Shown: piece by piece, positions 14,939 through 25,120 of the stretch
How positions within the stretch are numbered: position 1 is the first letter of the stretch
Layout of the letters: each line of letters begins with the position of its first letter
NCBI RefSeq assembly: GCF_006345805.1
Contig: NC_043006.1
Span: 930,001 to 994,000, forward strand
Origin: Octopus sinensis
Lineage: Eukaryota
Direction: 5' to 3'
Length of the DNA stretch: 64,000 nt
Made by a program: the position numbers and the translations under genes
Notes under the pieces: model-generated
What the model saw: only the letters and a program-made list of their open reading frames with translations
Database searches by the model: none
Told to the model about the DNA's origin: nothing

Positions 14939-15242
14939 GTATGTATATATATATTGTATATATTATGTGTATATGTATATTATATATATATATATATATA
15001 TTATATATATTATATATATATACATACCTATAAACATATAAATGTATATATATATATATATTATATATATATATATAATATATGATATATAATTAAGTTA
15101 TAAACTCAAATTAGGCAATAAACGTTTTATACATACTCATACAGTCATAAATTCGACCTAAACTGTATATATATATTTATACATATCAACATATATGAAT
15201 ATTTAAAAAATATAAGTATCTATCTATCTATCTATCTATCTA

Positions 15243-15291
<49 letters not shown>

Positions 15292-15295
15292 GTCT

Positions 15296-15366
<71 letters not shown>

Positions 15367-15368
15367 CA

Positions 15369-15406
<38 letters not shown>

Positions 15407-15486
15407 ATATATATATATATATATTAATATACATATATATATATTCGTACATATCAACATTTATAAATATTTAAAACATATAAGTG

Positions 15487-15547
<61 letters not shown>

Positions 15548-15557
15548 GTATATATAT

Positions 15558-15609
<52 letters not shown>

Positions 15610-15615
15610 TCCTCA

Positions 15616-16055
15616 AAAATACATGTAAATTAACCCATATAGTATCTATATATGGAAAGAAGTGTGAGAAAAACAACTGATAAACATTTTTCGTATTTCA
15701 ATTAAGAGTGCTTAAGAGCTTCAATTAAAAGATCCAGTCAAAAATGTCAAGAATGTGATTTAAAGAGGATACATTTCCTGATGAAGGGGATATTGTCCGC
15801 ATGTTTTGTAAGATTTCTATTAATGTTCCTACCAGGACATGAACTCTGGAAACGGCTGTTGAAAGTTAATTTCCCCGAATTGTATTATAAACCTTATATA
15901 CCATTTATATATTAAAAGAAAAGACATTGAATTTTATGGCTCTTTTAATTGAAACTTAAGCGCTCTTTATTTTAGTGCAAAAATAAATTTTCATCAGTTC
16001 TTTTCCTCACGCTTCTTTCTATTTATATCCCACATGGGGTTTTTTACATGTATTT

Positions 16056-16056
<1 letters not shown>
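15616..16056. repeat. Fold-back element: ~135-bp imperfect inverted arms (15616-15748 / 15923-16056) enclosing the alpha hammerhead
   Basis: The left arm aaaatacatgtaaa...ggaaagaagtgtgagaaaaacaactgata...cttcaattaaaagatcc...aatgtc aligns by eye with the reverse complement of the right arm. It is flanked by (TA)n. Confidence 0.75.
15774..15864 (+). ncRNA. Type I hammerhead-like motif with long stem II (family alpha)
   Basis: TTTC-CTGATGA-A-GGGG-atatTGTCC...GGACAtgaa-CTCT-G-GAAA-C-GGCT-G-TT/GAAA: stem I TTTC:GAAA, stem III ACGGCTGT (self-complementary with G.U), predicted cut after GUU at 15860. There is a non-canonical extra A and G at the base of stem II. Confidence 0.6.
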
Positions 16057-16152
<96 letters not shown>

Positions 16153-16520
16153 TATGTTTACTTTATGTTTTCCAGTTTCAGCTCTTGAGCTGTGGCCATG
16201 CTGGGGCACCGCCATATATATATAATTATTATAGGGAATATTATTCCTAACTGACAGGGGAAAATTCAGTTTAGAAATACTAAATCAAATTTCCCAAAAT
16301 ATAATATGAACATATAAAAATTAGAAAAAAACACCTTTTATCAATTCAAAACGAACCATCTAGAAAATTACATATAATAGAAATATCAAAATTAAAATAA
16401 CAATAATATACCGATGATTAAATAAATTGCAAAATAATAATAAAAACGTATATATTTGGTATATATATATTAATACATATCGACATATAAAAATATGTTC
16501 ATGAAATATATCTCTCTTTC

Positions 16521-16862
16521 TCTTTTACTTGTTTCAGTCATTTGACTGCGGCCATGCTGGAGCACCATCTTTAGTCGAGCAAATCGACCCGGAGACTTAT
16601 TCTTTGTAAGCCCAGTACTTATTCTATCGGTCTCTTTTGCCGAACCGCTAAGTGACGGGGAGATAAACACACCAGCGTCGGTTGTCAAGCAATGCTAGGG
16701 GGACAAACACAGACACACAAACACACACACACACACACATCTCTCTCTTTCTCTCTCTCTCTATATATATATATTCGACAGGCTTCTTTTCAGTTTCCGT
16801 CTACCAAATCCACTCACAAGGCATTGGTCGTCCGGACGCTATAGCAAAAGACACTTGCCTAA
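16521..16862 (-). mobile_element. SINE family A, 5'-truncated
   Basis: Reverse complement of the family A body and tail, head absent. Confidence 0.9.
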
Positions 16863-16870
16863 TATCCCCT

Positions 16871-16907
16871 TGCGGACAATATCCCCTTCATCGGGAAATG
16901 TATCCTC
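16871..16907 (-). repeat. Inverted partial copy of the alpha hammerhead 5' half
   Basis: Reverse complement gaggatacatttcccgatgaaggggatattgtccgca matches 15765-15801 except CTGATGA>CCGATGA. It is truncated next to the SINE at 16862. Confidence 0.8.
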
Positions 16908-16980
16908 ATATATATATATATTCATGAAAATATTTTTAAAAATATTCTTATATGCCGATATGTATTAATATATATATATA

Positions 16981-17151
16981 GGCGCAGGTGTGGCTGTGTG
17001 GTAAGTAGCTTGCTAACCAACCACATGGTTCCGGGTTCAGTCCCACTGCGTAGCATCTTGGGCAAGTGTCTTCTGCTATAGCCCCGGGCCGACCAATGCC
17101 TTGTGAGTGGATTTGGTAGACGGAAACTGAAAGAAGCCTGTCGTATATATG

Positions 17152-17233
<82 letters not shown>

Positions 17234-17440
17234 ATGTGTGTGTGTTTGTCCCTCTAGCATTGCTTGACAACCGATGCTGGTGTGTTTACGTCCCCGTCAC
17301 TTAGCGGTTCGGCAAAAGAGATCGATAGAATAAGTACTGGGCTTACAAAGAATAAGTCTCGGGGTCGATTTGCTCGACTAAAGGCGGTGCTCCAGCATGG
17401 TCACAGTCAAATGACTGAAACAAGTAAAAGAGTAAAAGAG
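16981..17440 (+). mobile_element. SINE family A, full length
   Basis: Colinear with 44981-45428 and 19461-19872. Confidence 0.9.
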
Positions 17441-17681
17441 TATATATATATATACGCATTTTAAGTCTAATTTATAACTGTACGAGTACGTATAAAAAGT
17501 TGGTTGTCTAATTTGAGTTTATCTAATTCTTTTGTCTCGAATTTTCCCCTTACGCAGTTCTATATATTTCGCCAGAAAGAGCAATAATATTATATATATA
17601 TATATATATATATTGTGTATATATATATATTATATATCTATATATATATATATATATCTATATATTATCTATATATATATA

Positions 17682-17765
<84 letters not shown>

Positions 17766-18172
17766 CATGAAGGTGCGTGGCCTTGTGGTTAGAGTGTTGC
17801 ACTCTCGATCGCAAGAACTTGATTTCGATTGACAGACCGACTTGTATGACATGCCGCGTAACTGTTGAGGCAATGTCGGTAAAATGAAGGTAGTAAATCA
17901 ATATACAGTAAAAACACTGATCCGCTATTAACAAATCCTCTTTACAGTTTGTTCAGTACGAAGTTGCAAATATAGCTTGGCAACCTTTAACATGCTTTCA
18001 CTAAAGATAGACACACTTTGGCAGTCCTGTTATTTTTGCAAGGGTACATCGAGGATTGGACAGTCGAAAAGAAAGCAGGTCGCATGAACGCTGGTCTTTG
18101 CTCAATGTGACAAACGGCATGGGCTCCTAGAATCGAATCTACGATGACCATAAGCCCGTCACCTTTAACCAC

Positions 18173-18552
18173 CTAGTCATAGCAGTATTGCCCAGCGTTG
18201 CTCGGGTTTGTTTCGACTCTTTAGAATTGGAATTTTTGAAAAGTAAAATTTTTGCATTATGTAGCTTGTTATTCTCTTTAAGTGAACATTTTTCTGGTTG
18301 AAATACACCGAAAAATGGCGACACAGCAGTCAAAAAATCGTAAAAAATAGGGATTTTGATAGAAAAAAAACACTTTTTGATGTAAATAATTTTTGGCCTT
18401 AACATGTTCCGATTTGAATTTTATCTTCTACGGAAGGAAGAGCAAGCCTTCTTCTATCATACTCTCAATTTTGGTCAACTTGCACCGCAGGGTGTCGGAG
18501 GAGATAGTGTTAATTGAAGGCTACCAAACCTGCCACACACAGACAACTTCAG

Positions 18553-18595
<43 letters not shown>
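18173..18595 (-). mobile_element. Non-autonomous Helitron-like element
   Basis: Minus strand starts TCTAT(AT)nAAAGCTGAAGTTGTCTGTGTG and ends CCCGAGCAACGCTGGG-CAATACTG-CTATGACTAG (subterminal hairpin plus CTAG-like end). Confidence 0.65.
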
Positions 18596-19460
18596 TATAG
18601 ATATAGATAGATAGATTTGTGCGTGTGTGTGTGTGTGTATGTAAGACGGCTTATGCTAGCAGTAAGAGAAAGTTCTTTGTACTCCCAAGACATTTAATTA
18701 TGAAACAAATAATAACTCTATTATTTTTTCTCAAAACTTTTTATTCCGAACATGCCATCCCTGTAAGACTAAGTGTACTGTATATCTATTGCTGTTTCCC
18801 TTCAACCAACCCATCCAGTCTCGATCATACACGTATCTCAATATTCACTCTCTCCGCTGGTTTCTTTAATCTTTATAAATTACAGATGTTCTATATTTAA
18901 AACTACCTCATCCTTCAACATATTTCTTCTTTCTTATTTGCAGTAAACTTTTAAATACTTCCTTTGAAAAAAACATATGACTGCTATTTCTAGCAAGCAA
19001 AGTGGCTACATAGAGAAGGCTCCCCAGCTGACCCAAATGAACTATCAATAACGTTGTTGACAGTTACATTCAGCGAAAATCAATAACTTTCCCAATATTT
19101 TCCAAGCATACTTCAGTACCACGCAATCTACTACTACTACTACTACTACTACTACCTCTTTCACCTCCTACCTCCCACCACCACTGCTGCCGCTGCCGCT
19201 GCTGCTGATGTCATTCAGTTAGACAGCAGGTACATTTTGAAGCTCAATCCATATCTCTTGTATAGTTTTGCCGTCTCTGTTTTGTTCAAAGTAAATTAGG
19301 TCAGCTGACGGTGACAGATGTGTGAGATGGCGTGAATTTTTTAACAATTCGACTTCCTAATAAGATCTTACTCTAAAGCCAGCATTCATGCAGCAAGTTA
19401 TTGAGCGTTTGCTATCTTTTAGTGTGATCACACCTTTACACGTACCAGTATATATGCACA

Positions 19461-19872
19461 GGCGCAGGAGTGGCTGTGTGGTAAGTAGCTTGCTAACCAA
19501 CCACATGGTTCCGGGTTCAGTCCCACTGCCTGGCATCTTGGGTAAGTGTCTTCTGCTATAGCCTCAGGCCGACCAATGCCTTGTGAGTGGATTTGGTAGA
19601 CGGAAACTGAAAGAAGCCTGTCGTATATATGTATATATATATATATGTGTGTATAAGTGTTTGCGTGTCTGTGTTTGTCCCCTAGCATTGCTTGACAACT
19701 GATGCTGGTGTGTTTACGTCCCCGTCACTTAGCGGTTCGGCCAAAGAGACCGATATAATAAGTACTGGGCTTACAAAGAATAAGTCCCGGGGTCGATTTG
19801 CTCGACTAAAGGCGGTGCTCCAGCATGGCCGCAGTCAAATGACTGAAACAAGTAAAAGAGAGAGTAAAAGAG
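19461..19872 (+). mobile_element. SINE family A, full length
   Basis: Colinear with 16981-17440 and shares its diagnostic variants. Confidence 0.9.
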
Positions 19873-19888
19873 AGATATACATACATAT

Positions 19889-19945
<57 letters not shown>

Positions 19946-20011
19946 TATATATATAGGTACGAATAGGCATGCATACATATATACATATATTTAATGTATA
20001 ATAATACATGT

Positions 20012-21665
20012 ATTTCATTTCATTTCATTTGGGTTTGAGTCCATGCTCAGGCCAAGTCGAAGACTCCACCCTCAGAGTCTGGTGTGGTTGCCAGGTTGTA
20101 TTCTCTGCTTAATTTTGACATGTGTAGGAGCGAGTTTGAGTCAGTTTGTGCTCGTTGTGGTATATCCTGGGAGATGGGGTTCATCTCTAATGGTGCTTAA
20201 GTATCTATCCAGTTGCAATTTGAATGATTCCACACTGCATCCTGATAGATTTCTGACATGTACCGGAATGGAGTTGAACAGTTGTGCTCCTCGAACCAAC
20301 AGACTTGATTCTCGCAGGGTTTTTGCTGCCTGGCCAGCCTTTTTGTTGATTGGTGGCAGCTGGCAGCGTCTTCCGTGGCGCAATGAGTGGTAGGTTTTGA
20401 TACCAAAGTTTGGCACCTTCTGCTCTATCATTTTCCAAATGTATATAATTCGGTATCGCTCAAATCTTTCTATTGAGTACATCCTCAAGGTTTTGAGTCT
20501 TTGCCAATAGTCCAGGTCCCTCGTTTCTGAGAAGTATGAGGTAAAATTTCTTTGGAGCGATTCTATCTTAGATAGTTGGCCCTTTGTTGTTGGTGACCAC
20601 AACTGAGAACAGTAGTCAATCCTCGGAAGTATCATACTGTTCCAGAGGGTTTTCATTGTTGAGGTATCTCTTGATTTGAAGGTGCGCAAGATCCACCGCT
20701 GTACTTTCTTGCAGTAAGACAGACTGAGTCAAGGTGTTCTCTGAATTTTAGGTTGGTTCCCATGTGGATGCCTAAATCTTTCACATACCGTTTTTCCATT
20801 ATTTGTTGTCCTGATGGGTTTCTGTAGTTTGTTGTATTTTTCAGATCTTGATCTGTTCCGTAGCGAATTAGTTCAAACTTCTTATCATTGAACAACATGT
20901 TGTTTGTTTCCTGCCATTTATATATGGTGGTCAGGTCCTTTTGTAAGGCCTCTGTATCCACCTCGTCTTTGATTTGTCTCATGACCCTGGTGTCATCAGC
21001 AAAGGATGAGACGTTGCTGGTTGTATCTTCATCTATGTCAGAGATGAGGATGAGAAACAGGATTGGGCCGAGTACTGTACCCTGAGGAACACTGCTGGTC
21101 ACAGGTGATGGTGTTGAATGGGTTCCATTCACAGTGACTGTTTGAGTTCTATTTGTAAGGAACTCATGTATCCATGTACCAACTTTTCCTCCTACTCCTA
21201 GCTTTCGAAGTTTGTGACCCAGGATGCCATGATCTACCTTGTCAAATGCCTTGGCAAAGTCGAGGTAGATAACATCTGTGTTGTATCCATTCTCTAGATT
21301 TTCTAGGATTTGGTCATGGTGTGCCAGTAGTTGGGAAAGGCACGATCTACCTAACCTGAATCCATGCTGGTTGCAATTCATCAGATTGTTGGATTCCAGG
21401 AACTCAACCAGTTTTCCACGAACTATTCTTTCGAAGACCTTGATAATGTGTGATGTCAGTGAGATTGGTCGGTAGTTCTTTGGTTTTGATTTGCTGTCCC
21501 CTTTATGTATTGGAGTTATGTGTGCTTCTTTATATGTATTTGGTATTTTGCCATTCTCCATAGATTCCCTCCATATCATGTAAAGGGGTTTCGACAATTG
21601 TACCTTGCAGTTTTTAAGTATCATGGCATTGAAACCGTCAGGCCCCGGAGCCGAGTGCATGGAGA
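20012..21665 (-). mobile_element. 5'-truncated CR1-group LINE with reverse transcriptase and intact 3' end
   Basis: ORFs 20653..21768 and 20141..20689 join through a 1-nt frameshift near 20695. RT motifs SAPGPDG, YRPISLTS, QHGF, YLDFAKAFDKV, VPQGTVLGP and FADD are present. A (TGAAA)3 tail lies at 20012-20030. The in-frame ORF start upstream of 21665 is flanking microsatellite. Confidence 0.92.
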
Positions 21666-21744
21666 GCTTGTATATGTATATGTATGTATTATCATAATTT
21701 TCATAGATAAAGCGCGCACACGCACACATATGATAAACAGAAAA

Positions 21745-22210
21745 ATACAGAACGAAAATACAGAACAAGAGGGTTACGTTTTCTCATATGTCTAACGCTT
21801 GGGAGGAAAGAGAAAGATAGTTGACGTTTCAGATGTTGGTTCTTCATCAGGAACACGAAATGTTGGAAAGTTGTCGGAAAAGAGGGAAGGACAAAGAAGA
21901 GAGAGAAGGAAATAAGGCAAAGTTTAGAAGGCAGGTAGGAATGCAGTTCTATGGGAAAGATTTAGGACGAGAGAAAGAGGTGGTACGTTGTGTGCACGTA
22001 TAGGAGGGTAAAAGTGTAAGGAGATGGGCATAGAGTGAGGTGACTGAGCGATCTGAGATACAGATGGGTAGCTAGGGGTGGGTAGAATTTATGCAAGGGT
22101 AGGAGGGAAGGCTGAGTAAGTGGGAAGAAAGAGCATTTATATGTGCATACACATACACAGACATATAAATATAAAGACATATTATGGAATGAAGTAAAGT
22201 AACTCATATA
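21745..22210 (-). mobile_element. Probable Penelope-like pLTR fragment (pyrimidine-rich tract leading into a hammerhead)
   Basis: Long C/T-rich stretch on the minus strand followed by the beta hammerhead. Boundaries are approximate and no ORF is present. Confidence 0.45.
21820..21854 (-). ncRNA. Minimal hammerhead-like motif (family beta)
   Basis: Minus strand GTTC-CTGATGA-AGA-ACCAACA-TCT-GAAA-C-GTC/AAC: intact core, 3-bp stem II, loopless ACGT stem III, GUC triplet. Stem I is out of register (C.A first pair), so the copy may be decayed. Confidence 0.55.
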
Positions 22211-22250
22211 TAAGCATACATACGAACAGACAGATACACACACACATATA

Positions 22251-22556
22251 TCTATATCTATATATAAAACTGAGAATTTGTGTGTGTGTCTGTGTGTCTA
22301 TGTGTATGTGTGCATCACTAAAACACGAGAACTACCCAAACTATGTCATGCAAATTTTACACAAGCCTTACTTACAAACAGTTTCAACTTCTTCCCTAAT
22401 GCGAGCCCGGAGCAATCTCTAACACGATTTCGGTATAACGTGTCAAAAGTGAAACAATAACATCTCTATTGTAATGTGATATATAAGATTCACTTTTATA
22501 TGGTTTCACTTTCAATAGTTTCACTTTTAATAGTTTCATTTCTATTAGTTATACAA

Positions 22557-22597
<41 letters not shown>

Positions 22598-22852
22598 GTT
22601 TCTATACAGATATCTATTAGTTTCACTATGTATATATATTCATGTTTCTACATATGTGTGTGGTGTGTGTGTGTGGTGTGTGTGTGTGTGTGTGTATGTG
22701 TGTGTGTGTGTGAGTGTGTGTGTGAGTGTGTGTGTATGTATATATTTATATATTTGTATCTATATTTGTATATATATATATATATATTGTATATGTATAT
22801 ATATATATATATAATATATTATATATATATTATATATATATATGTATATGTA

Positions 22853-22934
<82 letters not shown>

Positions 22935-23232
22935 CCTGAGACCGACCAAAACCTTATATATACTGTCGTACATATGTGTATGTGGGTGCGTATGTTTGTA
23001 CCCCTGTCATCGCTTGACAACCGATGTTGCTATGTTTACGTGCCCATAACTCAGTGGCTCGGTAAAAGACACTGATAGAATAAGTACTAGGTTTACAACG
23101 AAGAAATTCTGGGGTCGATTTTTCCGATTAAAGGCAGTGCTACAGTATGGCTGCAGTCACGTGACTGAAACAAGTAAAACAATAAAAGGGTACGCCATTT
23201 TAATCCCAAGCAACGCCAGGTATCCCTGCTAG
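22251..23232 (+). mobile_element. Non-autonomous Helitron-like element carrying microsatellites and a nested SINE
   Basis: Starts a|TCTATATCTATATATAAAACTG and ends CCCAAGCAACGCCAGG-TATCCCTG-CTAG|t (A/T target). The termini resemble those of 18173-18595. Confidence 0.6.
22931..23188 (+). mobile_element. SINE family A, decayed, nested in a Helitron-like element
   Basis: atagcctgagaccgacc...catcgcttgacaaccgatg...gatagaataagtactagg...gtgactgaaacaagtaaaa. Confidence 0.8.
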
Positions 23233-23242
23233 TAAATATATA

Positions 23243-23295
<53 letters not shown>

Positions 23296-23540
23296 TAGAT
23301 AGATAGATAGATAGTATATATATGTTACTGTACTTCACTTCATCATATATATTTAGATTTTTGCTAGCATTGCATATAAAGACACGATACTTGCATCTCT
23401 AGGGCAGAAGTGAACATCGTGTCTGTATATACATTATATTTGTGAAGAGAGAATGATGGATGAGGTGAAATCATTTCAATTCTATATTGAGACTTCATTC
23501 ATCAACAGAATACTCAATTTGAGCCGCTACGAAAAAACCT

Positions 23541-24050
23541 CTGAGTATCAGCTGTGAAGTTCATAGGATGACTAAGTTACTCTCATGGAATATGACCCAA
23601 TGACGGTTATTTTCAATATAGTCTTCCTTAATGTCCATACAATTCTTCCATCGATGATCCAGTGCTTTGATCCCATTGGTGAAGAAGCCTTCATCTTGGT
23701 GGTCGAGAAAGTCATCAACACCAGATATGTGATACTGGTTCCAAAGCAAGTGGGTATTTTTATTTTGGGGAACAGATGACATTCAGATGGAGCCAAATCA
23801 GGAGAATAGAGAGAGTGATCAACCAGTTCAAAGTCACAGTCACCCACAGCAGCCATTGAAACCAAAGACTCGTCTGTTGGAGCTGTGTTCTGATTTAAAC
23901 AAGAGCTATTTCGTAAGTTTTCCTGGGTGTTTGGTCTTGAGAGCCTCAGTAATTTGGCATAATACTCTCCACTGATCGAGTAACCTTTTTGAAGAGGGAT
24001 GTTTAGGCTGCATGAATCAACTCTTTCCCTCTGGCTCAAAGTGATCAACT
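23541..24050 (-). mobile_element. Mariner (Tc1/mariner) transposase remnant with right terminus
   Basis: EYYAKLL, FELVDHSLYSPDLAPSECHLFP and FFTNGIKALDHRWKNCMDIKEDYIE are present in broken frames. A TIR-like ctgagtatcagctgtgaagttcataggatga lies at 23541-23571. Confidence 0.85.
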
Positions 24051-24137
24051 CAGGGTATATTCAAAACGAATTCCACAAATATACAAAAAAAATAAAGAAT
24101 ATGGACAAAGATGAATTTAGCGAGAGTTGAGCCAACA

Positions 24138-24370
24138 ATGGCTCACAAACTCTTGAGTAAAATTGGAACTAGAAAGTTTGATATTAGCTTCCCAGGAGCA
24201 ATGCCTGTCTACGAATGATTACATACAGAAAGTACCAAACAAGAATGTTAATATCAGATGCAGACAATATAACCAGTGCAACGACACGATACTATTCTCA
24301 ACTGCTCAGACCTGACCAACTCTGAGACAGAATCGTGTTGGCAGTCATGTCATGGAGAAACTAAATATGT
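24138..24370 (+). mobile_element. Decayed R4/Dong-like LINE fragment (zinc-knuckle region)
   Basis: Translates roughly as WLTNS*VKLELESLILASQEQCLSTNDYIQKVPNKNVNIRCRQYNQCNDTI. Confidence 0.55.
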
Positions 24371-24942
24371 GCTTTGAGCTACAGACTGAAACAAGCAGGG
24401 TGTGTGTTATAAAATTTAATATTATTATACCAATACTAACTGACATAAATAGACATAAAACTATTTAAGAATTCTGAGTGTTATATACTGTGCAAAAGAT
24501 AGCCTTACTAGCTGCAGTATCCACTCCATGCAAAGTACTTCAAGTTCTATAGCATGACATAATTAGTAACTCTCTGCATATAATGCATATGTTAGCAACA
24601 ACTACCCAGTACAATATCACAACACATAGTCTACAAAAGAATTGTGCAATAGAATACCTTAACACATACTGCTGTTACATCATTAAAATCCAGCGCAAGG
24701 CCACAAGCTAACAGAATGAATTGTTACCACACCGGACAAATGCTTACAAGCATTTCTTCTGGTTTGTCGTTGTATTTTCATAATCCCCTCAGTTCAACTT
24801 TGCATTTAATAGTTTCGACTTCAATGATTTAAGAACCAACTAACCCTAATCCTCTTGCTCAAAGTTTCAGCTCCTGTGCCTAAAATAATATCATGATGAG
24901 ATCGGCGTGTGTATATGCCTACACGTTTCCCTTGCGAAACTG

Positions 24943-25120
24943 TTTACTCTTTTACTCTTTTACTTGTTTCAGTCATTTGAATATGGCCATGCTGGAGCAC
25001 CGCTTTTAGTCGAGCAAATCGACCCCAGGACTTATTCTTTGTAAGCCTAGTACTTATTCTATCGGTCTCTTTTCCCGAACCGCTAAGTTACGGGGACGTA
25101 TACACACCAGCATCGGTTGT
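24943..25120 (-). mobile_element. SINE family A, 3' module only
   Basis: Reverse complement of the family A tail from acaaccgatg to (agagtaaa)n. Confidence 0.85.

Noticed and set aside
20993-21382. CTGANGA strings within the CR1-group RT (also at 32918, 38615, 39933 and 51373 in other coding or LINE sequence)
   Set aside because: They are explained by codons (e.g. FADD, VPQG) and lack a properly placed GAAA and stems.
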